Source of the DNA: an uncultured delta proteobacterium
GTDB taxonomy: Bacteria; Desulfobacterota; WTBG01; CAIYCZ01; CAIRTM01
DNA length: 64,000 nucleotides
Reading direction: 5' to 3'
NCBI GenBank assembly: GCA_963804955.1
Contig: CAWDSQ010000001.1
Location: forward strand, 1-64,000
Part shown: positions 10,398-21,439 of the stretch, in pieces
How positions within the stretch are numbered: position 1 is the stretch's first letter
How the letters are laid out: the number at the start of each line of letters is the position of its first letter
The notes under the pieces: model-generated
Told to the model about the DNA's origin: nothing
The model's input: the letters and a program-made list of their open reading frames with translations, nothing else
Databases searched by the model: none
Translations under genes and position numbers: made by a program

Positions 10398-12224
10398 TCA
10401 GGGAGACTTCCTTTGTTCACATACGGCAATCAACGGCGTTAAAGTGCTGTTTATATCGATCTGCTCCAAAATGGGAGCATACACATTGGGCATTGCATAC
10501 AGAATAACACTATCCCAGAAGGCTTTAAGCGTATAATAGAATTCACCCGCCGACCATTCTCTGACATGCTGTTTATAGTCCGGCTTGAGCTTCGGCGAAA
10601 CCTCCCTAAAACGATTAGGGGTAGTAAGGATAGCTTTTCTGGCAAGCCTTTTACACTGCAGTAGAAAGGCATTGTATTCTTTAATATGTTCCACAACATC
10701 TACAGAAACCAATAAATCAAAATCGGGGCTGAGGTTTTCCAGCGACCGACTGTCATAAGTTATATTGGGTAAACTGCGATGTTTGATCGCCCAGGCCCTG
10801 GCCGCAGAGTCGTCCTCTAAGCATAAAACCGTTCGGAGGGGATCCTGGGCCGCCTCGAAGGCAAAGCAGCCTGTCCCGCCGCCAATTTCAACGATGCGCC
10901 GGGCATCTCCTACAAGGGTTGCGACTGCCCAATTCAAAGCAACCATATTGGGCCACTCAAAAAATCCGGCATTCATTTGCCGGTTTACCTTTTCCGCAAA
11001 ATTGACAGGACCAACGGGGGGGTTTTCCACATAGGGAAGAAAAGGAGCAGTTTCAATCTGGCTATATAAGGGGTTATTATAATTAGTTGCCGGCAGCTCA
11101 TTTGCATCGTCGCCGGTAATTGTCTGTGATATGGATCTGGCCAATCGCCGGGTTTTTTGTAAGGACTGTTTTGCCAATTTTACAGGTGTAACGAGTTTTT
11201 CTTTTTTCTCCCGAACATAGGGGGCAGGAGCGGCCAGCTTTTCATCCTTTTTAGCTTGAAGCCATTCATGAATTTGATTTCTGTACCTGTTCCATAAAGG
11301 GATCGGAGCATAATCCTTTTCATAGCGCACATAACCCTTCCAGGCGATTTCAGCACGTTCTTCCTCGTGGTCCAAATAGTAGCGCACTAACTCAACGCCC
11401 TCTTTAACAGTATCAAAGCCAATAACTTCTTCTCTTAAATTGAACACATGACCCAAACGGCATTTGTTATCGCAGACTTGCATGACGCCAAATGCAGGAA
11501 GTGTAAAAAGCCGTATGTTGATGGGGCCGATGGAATTATGGATATTGATGCCAATGCGCATTTTACGATATAAAGAGTTGCGCTCCTCTCTTGAACAAAA
11601 GCCATTGGGCCAGCCCCTGCCGTAATAAAGACCTTGCGGAATTGACTGCTGAACATAGTCCAACCGCGTTTTTCGCCAAGGGCTTTGACGCTCCCCCAAA
11701 AAAGCAAAATCAACGGGACGACGAGACGCTTCCACATCTTCCCGGAAAAGCTTCGGGGGGTTTTCTTCCAGAAAAATCGGCCCCCATGCTACCTGTTTAC
11801 ACCCCCAACCCTGGTAGAGGGGCAAAGCGGCAATGTTGCCAACGAATACTGAATCAAAGTAACCGGCGACAGGCTGTGACAAGGTATGAGAGGATTCCGG
11901 GTCGTCAAAACAACCATAGATTTTTAAAACATTCCGGGGAAACTCTGCCAGCCATTCAGGATGAATATTTGCACCATTATAAAGCCAGAACACATCGACA
12001 TTATCGACGGCCTTTAGCAGAGAATCCTTCATGCGACACAATGCGCGGTCCCGCTTGCTCCAGGCTCTATCCAGTTGCGGCCAGGAATAACGAACGCTCG
12101 GAGGATTAGGGGTTGCAACAAAAGTGGAAACGTCAAGCCCGGCAGCGCGGCCGTTGCGCGCAATATTTTCATGGTAAGTTTTGGCGTCGTCGGACCAACA
12201 ATTGTAAGCAAACAGAATTTTCAT
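10398..12224 (-). CDS. CgeB/Glyco_trans_1_2-type glycosyltransferase fused to a class I SAM methyltransferase
   Basis: N-half has IGINIH, NIRLF and YYLDHEEERAEIA; C-half has VEIGGGTG, FDLLVSVDVVEHI and LTTPN. Confidence 0.8.
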   Translation of the reverse strand: MKILFAYNCWSDDAKTYHENIARNGRAAGLDVSTFVATPNPPSVRYSWPQLDRAWSKRDRALCRMKDSLLKAVDNVDVFWLYNGANIHPEWLAEFPRNVLKIYGCFDDPESSHTLSQPVAGYFDSVFVGNIAALPLYQGWGCKQVAWGPIFLEENPPKLFREDVEASRRPVDFAFLGERQSPWRKTRLDYVQQSIPQGLYYGRGWPNGFCSREERNSLYRKMRIGINIHNSIGPINIRLFTLPAFGVMQVCDNKCRLGHVFNLREEVIGFDTVKEGVELVRYYLDHEEERAEIAWKGYVRYEKDYAPIPLWNRYRNQIHEWLQAKKDEKLAAPAPYVREKKEKLVTPVKLAKQSLQKTRRLARSISQTITGDDANELPATNYNNPLYSQIETAPFLPYVENPPVGPVNFAEKVNRQMNAGFFEWPNMVALNWAVATLVGDARRIVEIGGGTGCFAFEAAQDPLRTVLCLEDDSAARAWAIKHRSLPNITYDSRSLENLSPDFDLLVSVDVVEHIKEYNAFLLQCKRLARKAILTTPNRFREVSPKLKPDYKQHVREWSAGEFYYTLKAFWDSVILYAMPNVYAPILEQIDINSTLTPLIAVCEQRKSP

Positions 12225-12278
12225 GTTTTCTACCTTGGGGGCGGCCTTAAATGGTGTTATTTCGGAATCGTTGAAAGA

Positions 12279-12976
12279 TCATGCTTCTTTTTTAAATATG
12301 CCGATCCAGGAGTTTCTGACATTGAGTATGTTGCCGGCGATGATATTCTCCTTTAGCAGCATCTCAATGCCCTGCATCACCTCATCGATCCAATCAAAAT
12401 GCCGCCGGTAGATCGGTGAGCAGTCATGCCAGAGAATAAAACCTCCGGGCCGGACCCGGTCAATAATGAGCTTTGTGTCTGAATAGACAAATGCTTTATC
12501 ATGGCATCCGTCAACATAGACGAGCGCCAAATCATCGATATAATCAGGAACCTTCCAGGTTTTTGTGTTGGCGTATATTTGCTGTATGTTTTTCAAGTTT
12601 TTACTCCGGTAAAAAGATCCGATTTCATCTTTGCTCAGGCATTGGGTCTTCAGGCAGCCTCCCGCCCCATAGTCTTCCGGTGGGATATTTACGGTGTACA
12701 CCATTGACTGCGGTGAATTAACAGCCATCCGCGCCGCGCTTCTGCCGTGATGTGTTCCGATATCAAGCATATTCCCGGGTGCGATATTTGCCGCAACAAG
12801 CGACAAGACTTCGGCATCACGCAGCTTTCGGGAATTGATGTCAGTGATATAGTTGATATTGTCAAGGTCACCTTCGGTCAGCACCGGTTGCTTTTGAAAA
12901 CCTAAAAACCGTGACAGCTCCGCAAGGGTATCGATAATAAAAAAATTTTTCTCAAAAAGTTTTTTTTAAAAAACAT
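12279..12976 (-). CDS. Class I SAM-dependent methyltransferase (Methyltransf_24-like)
   Basis: LDIGTHHGRS, LVYVDGCH and RPGGFILWHD motifs; probable ATG at 12976 with a homopolymer indel (track ORF starts at 12884). Confidence 0.8.
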
Positions 12977-12987
12977 GCAGCCTTCTT

Positions 12988-14275
12988 TCATGCAATGCGA
13001 TCAGTTGTCCAAGCTAACAGCGGCGCGAGTTTGCCCCGGATGGGCTCCGTTAAATAAGCTTTGTTTGCCAACCCTGCTCTTGCCACAGACAGCTTGATGC
13101 GAATCCCCTCCCGGGGCTCAAATGTTCTTACATTATGTATCGTTGCCCGAATGCGCAGTTCATAATGGGCCGGTGCAAGAAAATTTTCCGGTATTGTGCT
13201 GCAGGAAACATAACTGGCCCGGCTCAACGGTCGGTATGCCTTCGCTTGCTTCATCATGAAAACTGCGGAACAGGATTGTGTCATCCATATCGCACAAATC
13301 AAAATAGACCCGCAGCCCCTGTGTTTTTTCAAAAACCCTGTACTCAATCCTGATGTGCAGCGGTTTGCTGTTATCGACCAGCTCAGCCGCAGCATCATCC
13401 TGCGTAATGGCAATGCTCTCGTATTTAAAAACAGGGTCTAGCGGCAGATGTGCAATCACGGCATCAATACCATCCAGCATGGTACTTTCTGTGCCGCTCT
13501 GCAAGTACCGCTCTACAGCCTCGGAAGCTGAACCTTCAAATACTCCGCAGCCGCCACTGAGCACAAAACCCCTTGTGCAAAGCTGCCGGACTGCCTGCAT
13601 ATTGTGGCTTACAAACAGCACGGTTCGGCCTGCTCTGCCAACGTCCTGCATCTTGCCCAGGCATTTTTTTTGAAACTCCGCATCGCCGACCGCCAGCACT
13701 TCGTCGATGATCAAAATTTCAGGCTCCAGATGTGCCGCAACCGCGAAGGCCAGCCGGACATACATGCCGCTGGAGTACCGCTTAACGGGGGTATCGATAA
13801 ATTTCTCAACACCTGAAAAATCAACTATTTCATCAAATTTGCGCTGAATCTCCTGTCTGCGCATGCCCAGTATGGTGCCGTTCATAAAAATATTTTCGCG
13901 GCCGGTCAGCTCCGGATGAAACCCTGTCCCCACCTCAAGCAAGCTGGCAATCCGCCCCTTTATTTTTACCTCACCGGATGTCGGCGCGGTGACGCGCGAC
14001 AGTATTTTTAAAAGCGTGCTTTTGCCCGCTCCATTGCGGCCTATGATGCCGACCGCCTCGCCCTGCTGTATGCTGAGAGTTATATCTTTCAGCGCCCAGA
14101 GGGTATCTCCTGTTCGGTTGCCATGATCAATTTCTCCGATTTTGCTGTACGGGTCAGGCCTGCCCCGCCGTTGTGCCCACCAGCGCTTTACATCACCATA
14201 GAAGGTGCCGGTGCCGATCACCCCCAGGCGGTATGATTTGGAAAGATTTTCAATAGAAATCACCGGGGCTGCCAT
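12988..14275 (-). CDS. wzt: Polysaccharide ABC exporter ATP-binding subunit with C-terminal Wzt-C domain (frameshift near 13210)
   Basis: GRNGAGKSTLLK, YSSGMYVRLAF and DEVLAVGD motifs; C-terminus continues in the 12988..13413 frame (IPENFLAPAHY). Confidence 0.9.
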
Positions 14276-15128
14276 TTACACGGTATCCATGAAAGTGTTT
14301 TCTACATGATTAAAGGCGAGCATGCCGATCAGGAGCATGAAGGCGGTAAAGCCCGCGCTGTACAGCAGGAAAATCGGGTCAATAGAGCTGCTGCCTAAGA
14401 AGCCAAGGCGGAACACTTCAACAACCGGGGTAATGGGATTTGCCAGCAGCAGCCATCTCCATTTTTCCGGCACGCTTGAAAGCGGGTATATTACCGGAGT
14501 GGCGTACATGAACAGCTGCATGCCGAAAGTGACCAGCTGCTGCAGATCGCGGTATTTTGTAGTGAGAGCGGATACAATTATTCCAATGCCTAAGCCGAGG
14601 AGCGCCATAATCAGCACCAATACCGGCAGGGCAAAAATCCATACGGTGGGTTTTATTTTTGAGCCGGTGAGTAAAAAATACAGCAGGAAAAGAATAAACA
14701 CGCCGAACCGAATGCCAAAAGAAATGAGGTTGGAAATGACCACGGAAACAGGCACGCTCAGGCGCGGAAAATAGACTTTACCGAAAATGCCTGCATTGGC
14801 GATGAATGTATTTGAGGTGCTGACCAGACAGGTAGAAAAATACACCCAGACAGTATTGCCCGCCATATAAAAAAGAAACGGCGGCAGATCATCTGTGGAA
14901 AGCCTGGCAATGTTGCCGAATATTATCGTGAACACGATCGTTGTCATAATCGGCTGAATTAAATGCCACAGGGGTCCCAAAATGGTTTGCTTATATACAG
15001 CGACAAAATCCCGCCAGACCATAAGCCGGATAAGATCGCGATAGCGCCAGAGATCCCCCAGCCGCAAATCCCACCAGGGCGCGCTGAGGGCGTAAAACGG
15101 TATCCCAGGTGTTTTGTGAATCAGTCAT
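14276..15128 (-). CDS. wzm: Polysaccharide ABC exporter permease
   Basis: LWRYRDL...YKQTILGPLW, KVYFPR and YATPVIYP motifs; likely ATG at 15128 with one indel. Confidence 0.9.
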
Positions 15129-15155
15129 GTATGTATGCATAAAAAATGTTAATTT

Positions 15156-15725
15156 TTACGCTGCGGGGCTGCCTAATCTGTATTTTTTTGACTCCCAGAT
15201 GAGCAGATGGGGCCGCTGCTTGAGCTTTTTTTCAAACTGACGATACTCGTCGAAGCTCATCACCAGTGAACGGATCTTGCGCTTGATGTATTTTTCGGTC
15301 TTCTGCGAGAGGTCGGCCAGCTGCCCCATATTGATGCTGCCGACAAGCAGAAGATCGACAATGCCCGTATCTTTGCCCTCGGCATAATCGTCTATAAGAT
15401 AAGCCCGCTCCAGGTCCCCAAGGCGAATGACGATACCGTCGATCACCTGGTCAATGCCCATTACTTTTGCAACCATGGATTTAAGCTCGGGGAAAAGAGG
15501 ATGCTGCTCATTGGCCAGATAATTAACCTGCCTGCCGTTTTTTTTTGTATGGAGAAAACCGGCGCTTGTGAGCTGCGCAAGCTCTTCGCGGACAGCATTG
15601 GTCGATACATCGAAATCCTTTGCAAGCTCGCGCAAATAGGAGCTCGTGCCCGGGTTGCAAAAAAAACGCATCAACAGTTTTATGCGTGTCTTAGAAGATA
15701 TGAGGCCGTTGAATAGACCAACCAT
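15156..15725 (-). CDS. ArsR-like winged-helix regulator with a degenerate C-terminal nucleotidyltransferase-like domain
   Basis: SKTRIKLL...YLRELA...NAVREEL wHTH; C-terminal IDDYAEGKDTGIVDLLLVG. Confidence 0.8.
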   Translation of the reverse strand: MVGLFNGLISSKTRIKLLMRFFCNPGTSSYLRELAKDFDVSTNAVREELAQLTSAGFLHTKKNGRQVNYLANEQHPLFPELKSMVAKVMGIDQVIDGIVIRLGDLERAYLIDDYAEGKDTGIVDLLLVGSINMGQLADLSQKTEKYIKRKIRSLVMSFDEYRQFEKKLKQRPHLLIWESKKYRLGSPAA

Positions 15726-15734
15726 TTTTATCCT

Positions 15735-15787
15735 TTAATGAGTAGTTTTTCTACTCTTAATATAGCAATAAATTTTGACGATTGCAA
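15735..15787 (-). promoter_or_regulatory. Sigma70 promoter with palindromic operator
   Basis: Minus strand TTGCAA-N17-TATATT, followed by the inverted repeat GAGTAG-N5-CTACTC (15740-15756) just before the RBS AAGGA. Confidence 0.65.
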
Positions 15788-15900
15788 AATTTTTTTAAGC
15801 TATCTGACGAAAAATCGTCAGCAGGAGCTTGTATCATCAAAGCTCTTCCTGACTAGCATGCTTGAAGGCTCTTTTTACCTGCTCGTACAGCCCAGGGGGG

Positions 15901-16719
15901 CTAATGAACCTTTTCGCCGTATTCTTTAAGGTGGCGTCGAATTATTTTTCGTATCCACGCAGGAACAGGGCCTCGCTCGACAAGCGCATTGATCGCAGCG
16001 AAAAGCAAGCATCGCATATAAAACCACCACCTCTGGAGCAGAACAGGAATTCCGGTATGCCAGCGGCCGCAGGTGGTATGGATTTTTTTATATGACCGGG
16101 CATGTCTGCGCAGCACTTTTTTGAGTGTTTTAAAATACGCCGGCACATCCAGCATTTCACCCTTGGAGGCATGATATATGGCAGAGGGCAGCACATAAAT
16201 GCCAAGCCCATCTTCCTGCATTCTCAGGCAATACTCCACCATATAGAGATGCCAGCCATCACAGACTGCGGCATCAAGCTGATGCTTTTTGAATACCTGC
16301 CGCGGAATAACAACACAGCATTCGTCAACGGTCATGACCCTTGCCGGTGTATCTGTTTTTCGTCCTGCCGCCACAGGCGGTATGCCATGCAAGCTGTTTG
16401 AAATCACCCGTTTTTCTTCAGCATTGACGCCGGCAACACCGGCAATACCGAGGTCCGGCAGTTCCGCAAGCATAGTTTCTGTCTCTTCAAGAAAGGCCGG
16501 AGAGCAAAAATCGATGTCCTGATGTGCAAACAGGATATAGGCGCTATCGGACTGCAACTGTGAAGCGCCATAGTTTAAAGCCTGCGCGGCAGACCTGAAG
16601 GCGCCCGAGCTGTTATCAAGCGCTATAAGTTCATAGTGTACGGTTTGAGCCCGCAGGCTTTTTTGGAGGAAATCATCCAGGATATTTTTATTATTATAGA
16701 CACAGACAATGGAAAGCAT
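15901..16719 (-). CDS. Glycosyltransferase family 2-like protein
   Basis: MLSIVCVYNN, FAHQDI, TVDECC and GWHLY motifs. Confidence 0.8.
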   Translation of the reverse strand: MLSIVCVYNNKNILDDFLQKSLRAQTVHYELIALDNSSGAFRSAAQALNYGASQLQSDSAYILFAHQDIDFCSPAFLEETETMLAELPDLGIAGVAGVNAEEKRVISNSLHGIPPVAAGRKTDTPARVMTVDECCVVIPRQVFKKHQLDAAVCDGWHLYMVEYCLRMQEDGLGIYVLPSAIYHASKGEMLDVPAYFKTLKKVLRRHARSYKKIHTTCGRWHTGIPVLLQRWWFYMRCLLFAAINALVERGPVPAWIRKIIRRHLKEYGEKVH

Positions 16720-16819
16720 GCTGAACCGTTTATTCTATTTCAGCGATTAAGTTGAAGGGGTCTTTCATAAGAAAAGCCGGTTTGTTTTAATCGTGACTGC
16801 TCCGGAAGGAGCCAGAAGG

Positions 16820-17701
16820 TTATTTGATAACTTTATCCATGATCCCTGCTCTTTCTGCTGCTTTGCGAATAAGGGCCTTTGTGCATTTTTCAAACTGGAA
16901 AAAATGCTTAAAAAAATACCGGTAGGCCAGGGTCTTTTCAATTTCCTCAAAGGCCTCTCTGCCGGCCCTGTTTTCCAGGAGCTGCTCAAACAAGAACGAG
17001 ATATTATTCAAATATAATGCGGTATGATTTTGTACGATTTGAGCATGTAACTGCGCCTGGTATTTATTGGTTACATCTCTCATTGAAGTATGCCCCTGGC
17101 GATAATAATACAACATTTCCGGAATTCTATAAACCTCTCTGCCCAATTCGATAATAGACAGCCAGAAATCATAATCCTCCCAGCCTAATTTCATGTTTAC
17201 ATTATAGCCTCCGCCGGCGACCCAGTCATCTTTTCTAAAAAAAGCAGCGTGAGGAATCAAATTACAAATTAAAATTTCAGGCAATGAATAGGGCTTCAAA
17301 TTAAATTTTCTGGTCATTGAGCCGAAAAATTTAGTCTCACAATAAACAATGCCCATATTGGGGTTGCTCTCAAGCACTTTGACCGCTTTGCTCGCATAGT
17401 CCGGAGCTATTTTGTCATCGGAATCAAGAGGCAAAATATATTTACCCTTCGCCATGCTGATGCCCGTGTTTCTTGCTGACGGCAATCCCTGATTTTCCTG
17501 CTTGACATATTTAACCCGGGCATCAAGCTGACAATATTTCTGCGCAATCTCTTCTGTGTTGTCAGATGATCCATCGTTTACAATAATGCATTCAAGGTGA
17601 GAATATTTTTGTTGAAGTACGCTGTCTATCGTTTCCGGCAGGAAATGAGCGTAATTGTAGCAGGGGGTAATTATGGAGATTAATGGCAGTTCATTTTTCA
17701 T
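16820..17701 (-). CDS. Glycosyltransferase family 2
   Basis: ISIITPCYN, VNDGSSD, LDSDD and WEDYDFWL motifs; paralog of 6561..7415. Confidence 0.9.
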   Translation of the reverse strand: MKNELPLISIITPCYNYAHFLPETIDSVLQQKYSHLECIIVNDGSSDNTEEIAQKYCQLDARVKYVKQENQGLPSARNTGISMAKGKYILPLDSDDKIAPDYASKAVKVLESNPNMGIVYCETKFFGSMTRKFNLKPYSLPEILICNLIPHAAFFRKDDWVAGGGYNVNMKLGWEDYDFWLSIIELGREVYRIPEMLYYYRQGHTSMRDVTNKYQAQLHAQIVQNHTALYLNNISFLFEQLLENRAGREAFEEIEKTLAYRYFFKHFFQFEKCTKALIRKAAERAGIMDKVIK

Positions 17702-17791
17702 GACATTGACCCGGTTTAGAGAAAAAATTTATTAACGGTTTGCAAGCAGCTCTTATCAGTTGAAATCCTTCCTCAGCGGAGGAGATGCTTA

Positions 17792-19805
17792 TTATGACTG
17801 CTTTGGCTCACAGAGCAGTTGAACATATTCCCGGCAAAAATCGCTATTGCGGGCTGCCTGCTGCAGCGCAGTGTTATAGGCATTACGTGACATCCGGTGA
17901 AACTCCTCACGGTCGCCAAGAATATGATGGATTGTTTCCACAAATGCATCAACAAGCAGATTTTCATCCTGCTCATCTATCAGAAACCCGGAGGTGCCAT
18001 TGTGCACATGCTCATCAATAGCTCCAACATGTGTTGTTATCGGAACAACGCCACAGGCCATTGCCTCCATCAGCACAAGTGGAAATCCCTCGAATTCTGA
18101 AGTTATGAGGATTATATGAGCAGCCGAATAAAAATTATTCAGGCTGGCATCATCGAAAATTTCGCCTTCAAAAACGCAATGCTGCCGATCCTCGGGTGAG
18201 ACGCTCTGTGCGACATCGCCAATAAGCGAAAAAACCACATCTGGATTTATAGCTGCAAACCTGGCGGCGATTTTGCCGACCAGATGCACCCGTTTTTCCT
18301 TTGTCCCTCTTCCCACATACAGAACACGCATTTTTTCAAAAGATTTTTCTTGATAGTGGCCTGGAACAGGCACTTTATTTTCAATAATTTTTATTCTGTT
18401 TACATAGGCGGGGCTCACGCCGTTTGCGGCGTATAATTGCGAAAAATCATCCAGGATTTTTCTGCTTATCACAACCCGGTGGTCCAGCAGGGGGACAAGC
18501 GGCAGCGAATACATTTCCAGTATGCCGGTGAAGGAATGGATTATATCAATTTTTTTTATTTGCTCGGCAAAATACGGCAAACAGTGATAGAAGAGAAACG
18601 AATTGCAGCCGAACACCACTGCATTGCCGGCTCTGTTGATAATTTCCGTTAAACATCCGATAACAACAGGGCTCCAAACGGGGCTCTCGGAAAAAAAAGA
18701 AATGTCAAGCAGGCGTGATCCCCGGGAAAAAGCTTTTTTAAAGGCCTTGTTGTTGGATTTGCAGCAGATGATAACTCTTGGTTTATAGGCTTGCAGGCAG
18801 GAAATAATGTCGGCATGAACCCGTTCCGCACCGCCGGTATGGTAGTAGGGGCATAATAAGAATATCGCAGGGTCCAGAGAAACCTGTTTTTTCATAAAAA
18901 AACTGCAGAGCCTGCCGATACGCCTGCCGCATGCCAGGAGACCTGTTTTGATATGCTTTTTGAAGGCTTTTCGTGCCGGGAAAAATCTTCGCAACAGTTC
19001 CTGGCGCCTTAATCGGACCAGCTGCTTACGGCACAACAATGCAAACTGCCTGTTTTCCGGATAGGTCAAAGGGCTTGGCGTTGTTCGGCTGCCGAGGAGC
19101 GCAGCAGAAAAAATGAAGACAAGTTTTTTATAGAGAATTCGCGGCGTCCAGCCCTCTCTAATGCTGGCGTGCGGCGCATCCCGATATACCGCCAGCGCTT
19201 TATCTAAAATCCATACTTCTCCGAGAGGCGCGATTCGCAGCCATAGTTCGTAATCTTCACCAGAAGCAAGCTCAACTGCTTCGTTCAGCATGCCGGATCG
19301 GGATAAAATTGATCGACGTATGATGGCCGTGGAATTGATTATGGAGTTGGTTGCCACAAGCGATGCAAAGGTGATTTTTCTGGTGGGCGGCATCTGTAAA
19401 AAAAAAGGAGCGCCGGTGTCTATGGGGTTCTCGCCATTCCATCTGTAGGCATTAGCGCCGAGAAGGGCGCATGCCGGATGTTGGTCCATAAAAGAAAGCT
19501 GAGTTTCAAGTTTTTCAGGCAGCCAGAGATCGTCATCGTCAAGGAAAGCAATGAGCGGGGCGCTGCCCTGCCGTATTGCCCGGTTGCGGGGGGCTGCGGG
19601 TGTTCCGGCATGCAGTGCCGGGCAGATACACAAAGCGGCCGTCTTTAAGAAAAGGCGCAACAGCCGCAAGGGTTTCCGGCGTTTCTCCATCCTCAGCTAT
19701 AAAACAGCGCCAGTCGGAAAAAGTCTGCTGCTGGACGCTCTTGAGCGTTTCCGGCAGGACCTCTGCCCTGTTGTATGTGGGCACTATAATGTCAACAAGT
19801 GCCAT
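17792..19805 (-). CDS. Bifunctional GT2-GT4 glycosyltransferase (frameshift near 19610)
   Basis: MALVDIIVPTYNR N-terminus joins PRNRAI...FLDDDDLWLPEKL (GT2); C-half has GGAERV and EGFPLVLMEAMACG (GT4). Confidence 0.85.
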
Positions 19806-20535
19806 AGCGTTCTTAATTCTCCGGCTGTTTTTTTGACTTGTTCATGCGGCACATAAGAAGTTAAACAGCTTTTTGATGTTGCCGGCGGACTTGCAGGGGC
19901 AAGCCGCGAAAAAAATCGCTGATGCACTATGGCAGCTGAAGCCGCATCTGAATGAGACCCCTGCCACAATCAAGCGCCATACTGTTCCAGTACAGGACGG
20001 CCCGAGATGTGTAATTCGTCTGGCCGGCTCGCGCCGACACAAGCACGCTGTCGGGTTGATATGTTTTGCTGAAAAAACGATGGTGCTATAAGATTCAATT
20101 ATTTTTTTACTATTTTGAGTAGTATTCTGGTAGAATATCATATGTTGTTTAAACATGCAAATACACTGTTTCCGTGTTTTGCTCAGCCGGGCTGTTTTAA
20201 AATACATTTAACCAGCACTCACCATAAGCAGGTGAAGTTTTGTTTTTTGCAACGAGACAGAGTACTAAAACGTATGAGGGTGAAGCGGCTTCGATGGTAT
20301 TATTGACGCGACTGCAGAGTAACACGTGCGGACAGTAAAGAAGCAAAACGGCTGGATGCGCATATCTTTTGCGGTCATGATGACACCGATATGCAGCCTG
20401 GCATCATACAAGCGGTTAACGAGTGTGGCGGTCCTGCAAAGCTGTGCGGATCAGTAGGGGCTTTTTGAAAATGTTAAAGATGCTAAAACCAGATAGAATA
20501 AGACTGTGCCGGTGAGCACGATCAAAAAGACCATT

Positions 20536-21366
20536 ATGATCAATCAGACAAAACTTATTATTGAGCCCGGCCGGGCTGAGAAAAATTATTTTGCAGACCT
20601 GTGGAGGTATCGGGAGCTTTTCTACATTCTCAGCTGGCGCGATATCAGTACGCGCTACAAGCAGACGTTTATCGGCATTCTCTGGGCTTTGATACGGCCT
20701 TTTCTAACCATGGTCGTTTTTACCGTGGTTTTCGGCAAACTGGCAAAGCTGCCGGCAGAGGGCGGAGCCCCGTATGCAATCATGGTATATGCCGCCCTGC
20801 TTCCCTGGCAGTTTTTCGCCTCTTCGCTGACAGAGGCAAGCAACAGTCTTATCGGCAATGCCCAGCTGATTACCAAGGTCTATTTCCCGCGAATGATAAT
20901 ACCCTCAAGCTCCATCATAACCTGCTTTGTCGACTTTCTCATCTCGTTTGCCATCCTTATTATGGTCATGATATATTATCGGTTTATGCCCACGTTGAAC
21001 ATTCTATTACTGCCGGTCTTTTTAGTGATGGCCTTTACCGCAGCGCTTGGCCTGGGGCTTTACATTACGGCCCTGAATGTCAAGTACCGGGATTTCAGAT
21101 ATGTCGTTCCTTTTATTGTGCAGCTGGGACTTTATATTTCGCCAGTCGGCTTCAGCAGTTCCATTATACCGGAACAGTACAGGCTTCTGTACTGCCTGAA
21201 TCCCATGGTTGCGGTGATCGACGGATTTCGGTGGGCAATTATAGGCACGGGCATGTTCATGTACTGGCCCGGGTTTTTTCTTTCGCTTGCCGTTACGATT
21301 TTTTTTCTGATACTGGGGATTAGAAAATTTCGTTCCATGGAAAAAAGCTTTGCGGATATGATTTAG
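20536..21366 (+). CDS. wzm: Polysaccharide ABC exporter permease (second copy)
   Basis: LWRYRELFYILSWRD...YKQT, KVYFPR, YRDFRY and FADMI motifs. Confidence 0.92.
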   Translation: MINQTKLIIEPGRAEKNYFADLWRYRELFYILSWRDISTRYKQTFIGILWALIRPFLTMVVFTVVFGKLAKLPAEGGAPYAIMVYAALLPWQFFASSLTEASNSLIGNAQLITKVYFPRMIIPSSSIITCFVDFLISFAILIMVMIYYRFMPTLNILLLPVFLVMAFTAALGLGLYITALNVKYRDFRYVVPFIVQLGLYISPVGFSSSIIPEQYRLLYCLNPMVAVIDGFRWAIIGTGMFMYWPGFFLSLAVTIFFLILGIRKFRSMEKSFADMI

Positions 21367-21439
21367 CGGGCCGGGAGGGCCCGCGCAACCAGTGTCCTTT
21401 TCAACACTATCTCAGCAATAGCAGAAGGATATTTCGAGC

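Noticed and set aside
19806..20535. 730-nt divergent intergenic region as ncRNA or JUMPstart/ops element
   Set aside because: No ops consensus, riboswitch or convincing ORF recognised by eye; an Rfam scan would be needed.
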